Part shown: positions 1 through 10,422 of the stretch, piece after piece
Position numbering within the stretch: position 1 is the stretch's first letter
Layout: each line of letters begins with the position of its first letter
Origin: Candidatus Micrarchaeia archaeon
GTDB taxonomy: Archaea; Micrarchaeota; Micrarchaeia; Anstonellales; J096
Assembly: GCA_041500865.1 (NCBI GenBank)
Contig: JBGQMY010000002.1
Coordinates: 14,196-78,195 of the forward strand
Direction: 5' to 3'
Length of the DNA: 64,000 bases
The notes under the pieces: generated by a model
Seen by the model: only the letters and a program-made list of their open reading frames with translations
Told to the model about the DNA's origin: nothing
The model's database searches: none
Translations under genes and position numbers: made by a program

Positions 1-183
1 GCCATAACGATAGGGAACGAGATAACCAAGAGCTTCGACCCTGAAGCGGAAGTCAAGATGGGCGCAAGGATAAACCAGTCCTTGGACGACACCATAATAG
101 TGACTGCGATAATCACCGGCGTAAAGTCGCCGTCCATACTCGCAAAGGAAGGGGGAGGCAGCGAGACGCCGCTGGTGCTTTGA
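1..183 (+). CDS. ftsZ: FtsZ cell division protein, 3' end (partial, not in ORF track)
   Basis: Frame 1 reads AITIGNEITKSFDPEAEVKMGARINQSLDDTIIVTAIITGVKSPSILAK...*, matching the archaeal FtsZ C-terminal GARI...V.AIITGVKSP pattern. Confidence 0.85.
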   Translation, partial: AITIGNEITKSFDPEAEVKMGARINQSLDDTIIVTAIITGVKSPSILAKEGGGSETPLVL

Positions 184-203
184 CAGTAAACGGTGAATGA
201 AAG

Positions 204-3200
204 ATGTTCTCATTCGACAATGCGTTCATGCTAGCGATAATATTCTTTGCAAACATACTGCCTGGCATGCTGCTGGCGCTCGGCCTGCTCAAAGGCAACA
301 AGGAATTGGGAATCATTGAAAAGCTGCTCATAGGCGCAACGCTCGGGTTCCTGCTTCCGGAGATGGTGCCGTTCCTGCTCTCAATCATAGGAATCGGTTT
401 TTCATACATGCTCGCGCTGGCATCAGTGGCGCTCATGTACGTTGCAGCCATAATATCAATCGCCTATGCGTATAAGGGAGAGAACGCAGCGGAACTTCTT
501 AACTTCAAGAACATCAAGCTGGAGCCGCTTTCAATTGTGCTGTCCATACTGCTGATTCTGCTGCTGTTTTTCTCGTTCACCATAAGGCTCAGCTCCATAA
601 GCCCCGTATACATGGAGCTGGACCCGTATTTCTATTCATACGGCGCGATATACATACTCGAGGACGGCGCAGTGCCGCTCCGCGACAGCACGGCCTGGTG
701 GCCCGAAAACGCAAGCTCGCACAGGGCCATGCCCAGCCTTATCTACCTGGAGTCCACATGGTACTCCTCCTACACCCACGGGGCTTCGGGGACAGTCAAC
801 TCGTATGTGCTCGCATACGCATCTAATTTCTATCCGCCGATAGCCGCGGCGCTGACCGTCTTCTTCATATACCTGTTTTTCAAGATGGAATTCAACAGGG
901 AGACCGGCCTTGCGATAGCGGCGCTTCTTTCACTGATACCAAGCTACCTTTTCAAGACGCTTTCCGGGGTTTTCGAGGCCCAGCCCATGTCATTCCTTCT
1001 TTATACATCAATGCTGGCGCTCGCCTATGCATACCTTAAGACGAAGGACAAGGGGGCACTTGCGGCCCTTTCCCTGATATACATACCTCTGCTGCTCGGG
1101 TCAACCGGCAGCGGGATAATGCCACTCATGCTTTCCGTAGTCATAACGATTCTGGTCGTGATGAACTTCGCAAAGTACCGCATGTCGGGCGGCAAGGACG
1201 AAAACCCGGCAAAGGACAACATGAGCTACCTCTGCCTTGCCGCGGCGCTCCTGGTGACATATACCGCATTCGCCATCCTGCAGGACTATTACCAGGACGG
1301 GATGATAGGCTTCGGCTCAATAAGCTTCTTGGGGATAATCGCGCTGCCGTTTTTGCTTCCGCTTGCGCTCAAGTTCATTTATGAGGACAAGGCAAAGATG
1401 GAAATGTTCATGAAGAACGAGTATACTGTCTATGCCGGCATATTGGTGCTGCTGATATTGTTCTTGGCGTCGCCGTTCGGCTCCGCCACATTGGACTATA
1501 TAAAGCCGGCGTTCGCGGGCGGAAACTACAATTCTGTGCTTGAGCGCACGATTGCCGAGCACCAGCAGGCCGGGGACGATTTAAGCTCCGACTTGGGGGC
1601 GCTTGGCGGAACCATAAACATACCGGTGATAAAGGACATAATCGCATTCATCTCCGGCATTGTGAACTTCATGTACACCTTCGCAATAGGGATAATCAAT
1701 GCTGCATTTGGCCTTTATCTGCCCACAATAAACAAGAGCCCAAGCATAGCGGCTGTCGCAATGCTTGGTTTCATGGTGCTGACGCTCTATGAGATTGCCA
1801 AATTCCTCAAAAGCAGGGAAATACCGCTGCTTTTCGTGTTCGTGGCAGTGGTGTTCTATCCCCTGTCCATAGCCGGCCTGATAACGGCGAAGTTCACCAT
1901 CTTTTTCACGTTTGCGTTCATATTGCTGATGGGATACGTGTTCGGGAAAATATATGGGATGGCAAGCGAGAGGCTCAAAAACTTCAAATTGGACAAGGAG
2001 GGCAGCCCGCTTCCAATAAGGCTTATCGTGTTTGCCGCGCTTTTCCTGATTCTAATCTATCCGGTGGTGCTTTCCTCCTTCTCAGTCAAGATGATGGCGC
2101 TTTCGCTGTCGCCGAAGTTCGGGGACAATCCCCATGCGTTTGACGCCAAGGCGGCCACGCTATGCAAGCTGATGGGGAACGACCAAGGCAGCGAGCCGTG
2201 CAAATACGCCGCAAACCCGGACCAGTACCTTTCAGAGATACAGAACCAGTATTCCTCGGACATGTGCTTCTATACGCTGCTTTACGACAGCATAGTCAGC
2301 AACAAGAATGACGGGGACATGCAATCTGTCGCAAGCATAAGGTGCTCGGAGATATCGCCGCCTTGGATAACGGCGCTTGACTGGATGGGCAAAAGCCTGC
2401 CGGCTGACGCCCGCGTCATGAGCTGGTGGGACTACGGCCACTGGACCAACTTCTTTGCCAGGAGGGCAAGCGTCATAAGGAACGAGCATGCGAGCATACC
2501 CATGATACAGGACGTTGCGCACGCCTTCATAATGGCGAACGAGACGGAAGCGATGGAGATAATGCAGAAATACGACTCGAAGTACCTGCTGGTGGACAGC
2601 GAGATTATACTCGGCTCCGGGAGTGTCTTCGGCGCCAAGTTCTACGCATTGAATTACCTCGCGTGCTCCAGGGACAACCTTACTGATGTCTTTACGGCGC
2701 AGATGGGCTCGCAGTGCGAGTACGACAACCTGTGGGAGGAGATAGTTCCTACGACGGAGCCGTGCCTGATATCGCCGATTTCCCAGAAGTACGGCGTGGT
2801 TGCCAAGAAAAGGGTCGTGACGTCCGAGAACGGCATAGTCAAGAGCGTTGGCCTCGCACCCGCATACTGCATGGGAAACGTCACGCTGGCGAACGGCCAG
2901 CAGATGGCCGGAACGTATTACCTTGACAGGAAGGCGCCTTCCGGCGAGCTTATGCTCAACAGGGCCATACTGGAGCCGACCAGCCAGGGCAGCTACGTGC
3001 TGCTTTACACGAAAGACGTGGTATGGATGGTGAACGGCCAGCTGACGGACGGGTACGACGACAGGATAGGCAAGGGCAGGTTCTACGACTCCATGGTGTA
3101 CAAGGGGTTCGTGCTTGGCCAGCTGGACGGCTTCAGCAAGGTGTACGACAACGGGTACATCAAGATTTACGAGATAATGAACTACACGCCCACAGGATGA
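204..3200 (+). CDS. aglB: Oligosaccharyltransferase AglB/STT3
   Basis: Many TM helices, ELDPYFY, TIAE (TIXE) and WWDYG motifs, soluble C-terminal domain. Confidence 0.93.
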   Translation: MFSFDNAFMLAIIFFANILPGMLLALGLLKGNKELGIIEKLLIGATLGFLLPEMVPFLLSIIGIGFSYMLALASVALMYVAAIISIAYAYKGENAAELLNFKNIKLEPLSIVLSILLILLLFFSFTIRLSSISPVYMELDPYFYSYGAIYILEDGAVPLRDSTAWWPENASSHRAMPSLIYLESTWYSSYTHGASGTVNSYVLAYASNFYPPIAAALTVFFIYLFFKMEFNRETGLAIAALLSLIPSYLFKTLSGVFEAQPMSFLLYTSMLALAYAYLKTKDKGALAALSLIYIPLLLGSTGSGIMPLMLSVVITILVVMNFAKYRMSGGKDENPAKDNMSYLCLAAALLVTYTAFAILQDYYQDGMIGFGSISFLGIIALPFLLPLALKFIYEDKAKMEMFMKNEYTVYAGILVLLILFLASPFGSATLDYIKPAFAGGNYNSVLERTIAEHQQAGDDLSSDLGALGGTINIPVIKDIIAFISGIVNFMYTFAIGIINAAFGLYLPTINKSPSIAAVAMLGFMVLTLYEIAKFLKSREIPLLFVFVAVVFYPLSIAGLITAKFTIFFTFAFILLMGYVFGKIYGMASERLKNFKLDKEGSPLPIRLIVFAALFLILIYPVVLSSFSVKMMALSLSPKFGDNPHAFDAKAATLCKLMGNDQGSEPCKYAANPDQYLSEIQNQYSSDMCFYTLLYDSIVSNKNDGDMQSVASIRCSEISPPWITALDWMGKSLPADARVMSWWDYGHWTNFFARRASVIRNEHASIPMIQDVAHAFIMANETEAMEIMQKYDSKYLLVDSEIILGSGSVFGAKFYALNYLACSRDNLTDVFTAQMGSQCEYDNLWEEIVPTTEPCLISPISQKYGVVAKKRVVTSENGIVKSVGLAPAYCMGNVTLANGQQMAGTYYLDRKAPSGELMLNRAILEPTSQGSYVLLYTKDVVWMVNGQLTDGYDDRIGKGRFYDSMVYKGFVLGQLDGFSKVYDNGYIKIYEIMNYTPTG

Positions 3201-3257
3201 GCCTATCTCCAGCAAGGCGTAAGAACATTTTAAAACCCTTATTAACACAAAAGAAGC

Positions 3258-4292
3258 ATGCAAAAGCTTTCAGCATCAAGAAGGGAAAGGACAAACCAGC
3301 TCAGGCTGCTTCTTCCAAAAGGGAGCCTGAACACGCCTGGCAGGGGAGACACCTGCGGGATGATGAAAAAGGCCAAATATGACATACTTGGATATGAGCC
3401 GGGCAAGGAAACCGAGCCCATAAGGATAGCGAACGACAGTGATATCCGCGTTATGCTCAGCAGGCCGCAGAGCGCGCCAACCGAGCTGATTCTGGGGATG
3501 GCGGATGCCGCAATTGTAGGCTCTGACTGGGTCAATGAAACGCAGGGCCTGAAAGGCAAACAGATAATTGAAATTCTTGACTTGGAATATGGCAAAGCGG
3601 AGCTGGTGTTCGCATCATCAAAAAAATACCGCAGCCTGAACGCTTTTGTTGCAGCCATGGACAAGACCAATAAAGATATAGTGTGCTTTAGCGAATACGT
3701 AAATACCACAGCAGCCTTTCTGGCATCATGCGGCGCTTACAAGAGGATTTTTGGCAGCAGACAGCCCATGAAAGAGATAAGGGGCACTGTGCTGGGCAGA
3801 AACAGCAAGGCCAAGGTTGTCATGAGCGACGGCGTCACTGAAGGGTATATTGCAAAAGGGGCGAACCTGGTCATGGACAATTCCCAGTCAGGAAGCACCA
3901 TGGCAAGATACGGCCTTGAGGTTATTGAGGAAATCGGGACTTCGAGCGCGCGCCTTTATGCACGGGCAGGCGCATTGGCAGATTCCTGGCTTAAAGGCAA
4001 GATAGATGAGCTTTCAAGGCAGCTTGCCAGCGTAGTTGAGGGCAGCAGGAAATATTATGTTGTGTTAAACGTGCCCAGCGACCGCATTGACAAAGTGGTT
4101 GAGTATGCGCGCTTGAACGGCCTGTTTGCGGATGAGCCAACCATCGTGAGCGGAAAGAAATTCTGCCAGATTAGCCTGCTGGTGCCAAAGGCCAACTGGC
4201 CCAAGATAAGCCAAGGCTTGGTAGAGCGGGGAGCCAGGAACATAATCCCGTTAGAACCCGGCTATGTGCTTGAAGGACTGCCCAATATTTAA
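3258..4292 (+). CDS. hisG: ATP phosphoribosyltransferase, long form (divergent)
   Basis: LLPKGSL, RPQSAP...ADAAIVGSDWV, LDLEYGKAEL, GVTEG, DNSQSGST, and a C-terminal regulatory domain (LNVP...PTI...GARNII). Confidence 0.85.
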   Translation: MQKLSASRRERTNQLRLLLPKGSLNTPGRGDTCGMMKKAKYDILGYEPGKETEPIRIANDSDIRVMLSRPQSAPTELILGMADAAIVGSDWVNETQGLKGKQIIEILDLEYGKAELVFASSKKYRSLNAFVAAMDKTNKDIVCFSEYVNTTAAFLASCGAYKRIFGSRQPMKEIRGTVLGRNSKAKVVMSDGVTEGYIAKGANLVMDNSQSGSTMARYGLEVIEEIGTSSARLYARAGALADSWLKGKIDELSRQLASVVEGSRKYYVVLNVPSDRIDKVVEYARLNGLFADEPTIVSGKKFCQISLLVPKANWPKISQGLVERGARNIIPLEPGYVLEGLPNI

Positions 4293-4352
4293 TAATGGGA
4301 ATATCTGCCAATCCCCTTCCTTTTTTAACCCTTTGCGAGCTACAATAGAGGC

Positions 4353-4476
4353 GTAGGGATGGCGGAGCCCGGTCAAACGTGCCAGACTCAAGGCGGAAAA
4401 AGACAAGGCGTAAATAAAGACACGTGAGACATCTGGTGCCCTAGCGGCTACGTGGGTTCAAATCCCACTCCCTACA
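4353..4476 (+). tRNA. tRNA-Leu(CAA) with 38-nt intron at position 37/38 (4393-4430)
   Basis: Acceptor GTAGGGA/TCCCTAC, anticodon stem CCAGA/TCTGG, CAA at 4389-4391, long variable arm, GGTTCAAATCC T-loop, bulge-helix-bulge with CTCA:TGAG helix. Confidence 0.93.
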
Positions 4477-4480
4477 CAAT

Positions 4481-4716
4481 CCTTTTTCTTCAGAGAAGAA
4501 AAAGCCTTGGGAAAAAGAAGCTACTTTTGTCTTTTAGAAAAAGAAAGCTCTTGCGGAAAGAAAACTGTATTTGGTGTCTGTGGACACAAGTTCCTCCCTA
4601 TCCCCTGATTTTTGGGCTCTATTGAGCCAATAGTTGTTTTTTGCTAAAGCCTTTTCCAAAGAACAAATCGTCGTTTTTTGCTGGAGCTTTTTAAGAAAAA
4701 GCTCCGCGGAAAGAAA
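4481..4716 (+). repeat. Cluster of short palindromic intergenic repeat modules 3' of tRNA-Leu
   Basis: Hairpins CTTTTTCTTC..GAAGAAAAAG and GGAGCTTTTT-AAG-AAAAAGCTCC; related modules recur at 9317, 25697-25800 and 49991-50115. Confidence 0.75.
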
Positions 4717-4756
4717 ATTGTTTTGGCGCCGACTGACGCCATAAACGGTCTGGCGA

Positions 4757-7700
4757 TTAGCCCTTTGGCTTTTTCGGCTCTCTTGCGGCCACCCGTTTGT
4801 TGTAATCATCTATGACTTTTTGCTTGGTTTCGCGCAATGCCGCCTTTCTGGCTTCTTCATCAGCACTTTTCTGCATTTGTGATGCCGTTTCAGGCGCCTG
4901 TCCCAACGCCTGCTGTTCGGATTGCTTTGATGGCGGCTTTTCTGGGCCGCCTTCTTTGAAGACGACCCCGGTCTCTTTCTCTTGAGGCCGCTTTTCAGCG
5001 GGCGGCGGCTCTGCGGGAGGCGTTGGCCGCCCGCCAGGCCCGGATGGGGGCAGTTCTCCATAAAGCATCGGCGCCGGCCTCCCCCTCCCCCCAAAATATG
5101 TGTCATACGTATCAAGCGCGCCCGTGGTGACCTTGCCAATGAAATTATGATAATCCTCCAATGCCGCATAATCTGCCTTGGTGCCATTCTTATCCTTAAT
5201 CCCATCGTCAGATAATTCCTTGGAATATTCCTCTTTCGCACCAATTGCGAAATAATTGCGCAGGCAATCCTTATCATAGTCTTTGCTGATGAACGCCCTA
5301 TGGAAAGTCTCATCCGAAGCTCCGGTCATGATGTCTGCAGCCGGGCTTGAATTTGCGATGTTCTCCAGCAGTCCGCTAAAATCAAAAAAAGACGCCGAAG
5401 TGAGATTTCTCCTGTTTCTTGTCTCATAAATGCGGTTTTTCATATCATCTTCAGTTACCTTGATAAGGTTCTTCTTTTCATCCTCATAAAGATCAGAGAC
5501 TACGAAGGAAAGCGACGAAAGCGCCAACGCCCCGGAAGGCGCGCCGCTGACTCCCCCGCCGCCTGCCGGCTTCGGGAACTGCCCCTGCTGCTCCAGCGCG
5601 CTCTTCATTATACTGGATTCATCCGCAGAAAGCTTGTCGAGATTGAACTGCTTCAGGATTTTATTTTCCCTGTCGTCCGGGATGGCAGTGCCATTCTTGT
5701 CGACCAGGTCAAACTTCTTTTGGTCAGGACTAAAGACAAGGAAGACATTTTCCCTGCCCTCATCCAGCTGGAACTTCTCCAACTTCTCATAAAGCTCCTT
5801 ATGGGATTTCAGGTTATCCGTAGACGCCTTGGAAGTTAGCATGCCTTCCATTGAATCAAAAAGCTGCGCGACGACACCGGCTCTTGATTCGACTCTTGAT
5901 TCTGCCCCCCCGACCCGGGCGGACATGGCATCCCTAACATCCTGATATGGAATTACATCATTGGAACTGAAATAAGGCAGCACTTTTTCCTTTATGCTGT
6001 TCTTGGATGTCTCGTTGAATGCAGCATATATCTTCGTGAAACTCTCTGATGCATCTTTCATATTAAGCTCTGCCTTCACATCATTCCCTGTTATGCGCTC
6101 CCCGGAAGAATTGTTGATCTTAGTCCCTCCCTCATCTATGCCATTGAATACGAGGTCGGTGCCTCTGAGGCTATCCTTAATCGCGCCTACGTTTACATTT
6201 CTAAATTTGTCCAGTTCTGTGATAAGCTGGGATCTGTCATTTTCACCCATAGACTTGGTTGCGTCCTCAAGGGAAACTGCCTTGCCAGTTGCCTTGTCTC
6301 TCACCAAGAAATTGCCTTCAGAATCCGCTCCTGAGAATGAATAACCTGCCACGGCAGTGCCGAATATTGTATTTATATTTTTAAAGGTATCTGTTCCCAA
6401 TGCTGAGGACGCTTTGGAGAAATCCGCCCATGAGTCCTCGTTCATCCTAGCCTTTGCCTGGTCCATGGTTAGCTTCTCTTTGCTTACTTTGTCAACTATG
6501 ACAATATCGCCATTCCTCCCATTGAAACCTTCCAGCGCCATGCCGTTCCTGTCCAATACATCGGCAAGCTTTCCCATAGGGACGATTTGGGCTGCGGCAG
6601 CTCCTGCTTCAAGGTCTTTTTGATGCGCTATGCCGAGCGCTTTTTCAATTATGCCGGATGATGCCTGGATTGCCTCAGTCCTCTTCAGCGCCAAGTTCTC
6701 TGCTGTAAAGCTGCTCTCAGGCTTCGCGCCATTTGCCATGTCTGTTAGGGTTATCATAGAATAGGCATTGTTCTCAATGCCGTATTCCGATATTACCTTG
6801 TCTTTATTTTCACCGCTGATTTCCTTGCCATTCTTGGTTATTTTTATTTTATCGGATATTTCCATTCCGCTGGCGCCGGGAACCGCCGTTATGGTGTAGC
6901 CGTCATTTACCATGCCCAAAAGGCCGTTGACAACCTGCAGCTTTGCGCTGTTCGCGCTAACGTCTGTCCTTAGTTCCCTCTCCATTTTCAGCTGCTCAAC
7001 CATATATGTTGCATTGGCCTGGTTGACATATTCAGGATGATCCGGGAACATTGCTTTCAGCACATTCTGCGGGGCATTGGCGTCTGTCCCAATCGCATTG
7101 AAATCCAACAAAAGCTTGTCGGCTCTGTCTTCCTCGCCGCTCAAGCGCAGCGACAGTGCTATCGCTGCCACTTTGTTTCCTATGGAATTCTGGGCTATCT
7201 GGCTTATCTTAACTTGGAATTCTCTTTCCGGCTGCAGGATATTGCCCTCAAGATAATGCACCGGCAAATGCGATTCCCTCATCAGCTCCATCTGGTCATT
7301 CAGCATGGTGCCGTAGGCTATCTTCATGCCTATGAAATCCGAAAGCTGGTCCTTAAGTTTCTCGTCCTTAATGCCGCTTAGCCTGTTGTCCTTGCCGCTT
7401 TGGAGGTCTTTCATCTCTGAAAGCGTGAGGGAATCCTTGCTGAGCGCGGCAAAAAGGGCCTTGGCGGTGCCGGAGAGGCCCTCGTTCTGCTCTATCCTGG
7501 ATTTCAAGGATGATATGTCATCCCAAAGCTTCGTCATCCCTTGCTTGTTTTCAGCTACTTTCTTGTCTGTCGCAGGGAAGCATTTCAGGACAAAGCCCGG
7601 CATCACGGAATCCCTTTCCTTGATTAGCTTCTCGTTCTCCTTTTCGAGCTTTTTTATGTCCTTGTTTGACGGATTGTTTTCCCTAAGCCTGGCAATCACG

Positions 7701-9256
7701 CCTTCCTTTTCCTTTATTTGGGCTTCCAAAACAAAATATTTGGCTATCGCTGCATCATAGTTCTTGTTGAAATACTCCAGGCTGAAACCGGGCCTGTTTT
7801 TCAGATTTGATAAAAGTTTTTTCTTGATGTTATCCTTTATCGTCTTGTCCATGGCTGCCTTATCCTGCCTATTTATCTCCTTTTTGATTTCTTCTTTGCT
7901 TATTGATTTGACGTCCATAGCATTGATTCCGAATGTCTTTAAGACCAGCGATAATGAGGCGCCGATTGCGCCCAGCGAAATGCCGCCAAGGCCCTTGAGG
8001 ATGCTTAAGCCCGCCCCTGATTTAGCCCAGCCCGCTTTCATCTCCTGCCCAAACTTTTTGAAGTCAGTGACCTGCACAGTTACCGGATTTCCCTTCTTGT
8101 CTATTTTCTGGGCGCCGGTTTTGGTAAGCACGGGCACCTTCACCTGGGACTTTTGTACTGCCGCCTCTATTCCCAGCATCTTGCCTCCTTGTTCTGCTAT
8201 TTTCTTGCCGGTAACCCAGCCTGTGGCACTGCCTAATGCATTTGCAACTTTTACAAAGCCTATGGCAAATTTCTGAGAGCCAGTCGGCTTTCCGCCCTTG
8301 GCTTTTTCTGCCTCGCCCTTGACCGCGGCCTTCCTGATGCCGCCCTTGTCGCCAGCCAGCCCCTCATTCACACTTTTGGCCGCGCCGTATACTGACGCCG
8401 TCTTGCTGACCACGCTTCCCAGCACGCTCTCGTGCTGGCTCATCGCAGCCCCGACAGACGACTGTATCGCCTGCGTATTCGGCTTTATGTAGTTTCTCTG
8501 CGCCCTGTCCATGCTGAACCAGAAGAACGGGTTAACGCCCATGTAGAACATGCTGGCTATCAACAAGCCTACTAAAATGGAAATCGGCAGGCATATGCTC
8601 AATTGGTCCGTTGAAAGCACCCTTGTGCCAGAAGCGCGGGTAAGGACCATTGACGACGACAGGAATAGGTTGGCTGGGTCCCAATTGCCAGTCCCGGTGA
8701 GATTGAACACCTTTGCGGTCTGTCCCCAGTTTCCCGATACAGGATTGCCCGCTGCGTCCTTGCATGCATCAATGCCCGTATATGAGGTCATGCCTATGCC
8801 GTTAGGGGGCGGAGCTGGAGGTCTGGGATAGGACGGCTTGTAGCCGATGTTGCCGTTGTCGTCAAAAACCACGAGGCAGTCGTCTATGGCGCACGTCAGC
8901 GACGCGTTGGAATAGCAGAAGACCGCTACAAACGTCGTTTTGTTCATCATCGCCTTTGAGGCGCTGAACGTGGCAGTTCCGCTCCCGTCCGTTATCGTCC
9001 TGCACAGGTACTCTTTCCTGAATCCCGTGGTGTTGAACGGCTGGATGAATATTACCGCGTCCTTTACAGGGACGTCATGGCCGTTGATTGTGGCAAAAAG
9101 CGAAACATTGTAATTTGTGGAATTGTCGGGATTGGTCCCAACCAGCTTTATGGATATGCTTGAGACCTCGGCCTTGTCGTAATAGTCCAAGGGGACGCAG
9201 GCGCTGAAAACCATTCCGAAGACAAGCAGCAGCGGGAGAATGTGCCTCATGCCCAT
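4757..9256 (-). CDS. Large membrane protein (~1500 aa): signal peptide, Cys-containing external domain, TM helix, long charged domain, Pro-rich tail
   Basis: Open 4.5 kb ORF; hydrophobic MRHILPLLLVFGMVFSA leader places the start at 9256 or 9250; TM CLPISILVGLLIASMFYMG. Confidence 0.8.
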   Translation of the reverse strand: MGMRHILPLLLVFGMVFSACVPLDYYDKAEVSSISIKLVGTNPDNSTNYNVSLFATINGHDVPVKDAVIFIQPFNTTGFRKEYLCRTITDGSGTATFSASKAMMNKTTFVAVFCYSNASLTCAIDDCLVVFDDNGNIGYKPSYPRPPAPPPNGIGMTSYTGIDACKDAAGNPVSGNWGQTAKVFNLTGTGNWDPANLFLSSSMVLTRASGTRVLSTDQLSICLPISILVGLLIASMFYMGVNPFFWFSMDRAQRNYIKPNTQAIQSSVGAAMSQHESVLGSVVSKTASVYGAAKSVNEGLAGDKGGIRKAAVKGEAEKAKGGKPTGSQKFAIGFVKVANALGSATGWVTGKKIAEQGGKMLGIEAAVQKSQVKVPVLTKTGAQKIDKKGNPVTVQVTDFKKFGQEMKAGWAKSGAGLSILKGLGGISLGAIGASLSLVLKTFGINAMDVKSISKEEIKKEINRQDKAAMDKTIKDNIKKKLLSNLKNRPGFSLEYFNKNYDAAIAKYFVLEAQIKEKEGVIARLRENNPSNKDIKKLEKENEKLIKERDSVMPGFVLKCFPATDKKVAENKQGMTKLWDDISSLKSRIEQNEGLSGTAKALFAALSKDSLTLSEMKDLQSGKDNRLSGIKDEKLKDQLSDFIGMKIAYGTMLNDQMELMRESHLPVHYLEGNILQPEREFQVKISQIAQNSIGNKVAAIALSLRLSGEEDRADKLLLDFNAIGTDANAPQNVLKAMFPDHPEYVNQANATYMVEQLKMERELRTDVSANSAKLQVVNGLLGMVNDGYTITAVPGASGMEISDKIKITKNGKEISGENKDKVISEYGIENNAYSMITLTDMANGAKPESSFTAENLALKRTEAIQASSGIIEKALGIAHQKDLEAGAAAAQIVPMGKLADVLDRNGMALEGFNGRNGDIVIVDKVSKEKLTMDQAKARMNEDSWADFSKASSALGTDTFKNINTIFGTAVAGYSFSGADSEGNFLVRDKATGKAVSLEDATKSMGENDRSQLITELDKFRNVNVGAIKDSLRGTDLVFNGIDEGGTKINNSSGERITGNDVKAELNMKDASESFTKIYAAFNETSKNSIKEKVLPYFSSNDVIPYQDVRDAMSARVGGAESRVESRAGVVAQLFDSMEGMLTSKASTDNLKSHKELYEKLEKFQLDEGRENVFLVFSPDQKKFDLVDKNGTAIPDDRENKILKQFNLDKLSADESSIMKSALEQQGQFPKPAGGGGVSGAPSGALALSSLSFVVSDLYEDEKKNLIKVTEDDMKNRIYETRNRRNLTSASFFDFSGLLENIANSSPAADIMTGASDETFHRAFISKDYDKDCLRNYFAIGAKEEYSKELSDDGIKDKNGTKADYAALEDYHNFIGKVTTGALDTYDTYFGGRGRPAPMLYGELPPSGPGGRPTPPAEPPPAEKRPQEKETGVVFKEGGPEKPPSKQSEQQALGQAPETASQMQKSADEEARKAALRETKQKVIDDYNKRVAAREPKKPKG

Positions 9257-9316
9257 GGTTCGCTTTTGCCTGGCCTTGTTTTTAAACATAGCGCCTAAGG
9301 AAACCGAGGTTCCCTT

Positions 9317-9350
9317 GAAGCATTTTTCCAAAAGGCTTCAGCGAAAAACG
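9317..9350 (-). repeat. Single copy of the palindromic repeat module
   Basis: Minus strand CGTTTTTCGCTGAAGCCTTTTGGAAAAATGCTTC aligns with 4672-4705 and 50032-50065. Confidence 0.7.
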
Positions 9351-9415
9351 TTGGCCCAACCCCCCCTTCTTACTAAGCTGTTGCATCTGGGGTATTTTTG
9401 CCAAACCACAAGATT

Positions 9416-10375
9416 TCAGCTTGCTTTTCCAAGCGCATAAAGCCTTTCCAGCCTTTTTACGGTAAGCGGATGCGTCATAAGCAGTTCACTAAGCCCGCCC
9501 TTGCCCTTCTCCTTTTCCAGTATTTCGGCAAAGGACGAACCGCGCCCCAGCATCAGCGCAATCTCGTTTATGGTCCCGCGCTCATTTGCTGAAGGCGAGG
9601 CTATGTAGAAGGAGTTCATGCTTTTGTTCTGGGCCTGCGCCTGCGGGGCCGCGTTCGCGTAGCTTATCCTTGTCAGCGCCATCATCAGCGCCTTCGGGTT
9701 TGCGGTCGCATAGGCGGAGAACTCGTCCGCATAATACTCCCTTGTCCTTGATATGGCAAGCACTATGAGCTGGCCCAAAAAGCTTGCCACGTTCGCGCCT
9801 ATTATCGTGGCCAGGAACGAACTCTGGCCGTTGTTGTCCTTTCCGCCGAAGAAGATGATGAAGGCATAATAAAGCAGTATGGGAAGCGCGCCGGCAAACG
9901 TCATCACAAGCACGTCCCTGTGCCTTATGTGGCCCATCTCATGGGCGATTACAGCCTCAATCTCGTCCGGGCCGAGCATCCTCAAAAGGCCGGTATGCAC
10001 GGCTATGGCAGAGCTGGACTGCGTCCTGCCGAAGGCAAAGGCGTTCGGATAGGGGTTGTCAACCAGGTACAGTTTCGGCACAGGCACGCCCGCAATGCCG
10101 GCATACTTCGCCAGTATCGCCCTTATCTCAGGCAATTCGCCTTCCTTCACTTCCTTTGCCTTAGTGGACCATTTTATTATCCAAGGCCCTATGTACCATT
10201 GGACAAGGAGGAATGCGAACGAGATTATAATCCAGACTAGTATCGAGCCGCTGCCCGAGAATCCCGCATAGACCAGTATGAGGCCCAAAACGGATGCGAC
10301 TATGCCGAAGACCAGCATGGTGACAAGCATCATCCTGAGCGTAAGCCCGAACGTACTGTATTGTGTGGATGCCAT
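9416..10375 (-). CDS. htpX: M48 family zinc metalloprotease HtpX
   Basis: PNAFAFG, HEMGH, SRTREYYAD and THP motifs, four TM segments; GGAGAGA SD-like sequence before ATG 10375. Confidence 0.92.
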   Translation of the reverse strand: MASTQYSTFGLTLRMMLVTMLVFGIVASVLGLILVYAGFSGSGSILVWIIISFAFLLVQWYIGPWIIKWSTKAKEVKEGELPEIRAILAKYAGIAGVPVPKLYLVDNPYPNAFAFGRTQSSSAIAVHTGLLRMLGPDEIEAVIAHEMGHIRHRDVLVMTFAGALPILLYYAFIIFFGGKDNNGQSSFLATIIGANVASFLGQLIVLAISRTREYYADEFSAYATANPKALMMALTRISYANAAPQAQAQNKSMNSFYIASPSANERGTINEIALMLGRGSSFAEILEKEKGKGGLSELLMTHPLTVKRLERLYALGKAS

Positions 10376-10422
10376 GGTTATCTCTCCTTGCCTGGATTTT
10401 AAAAATGAAATGGTTGAAAAAA

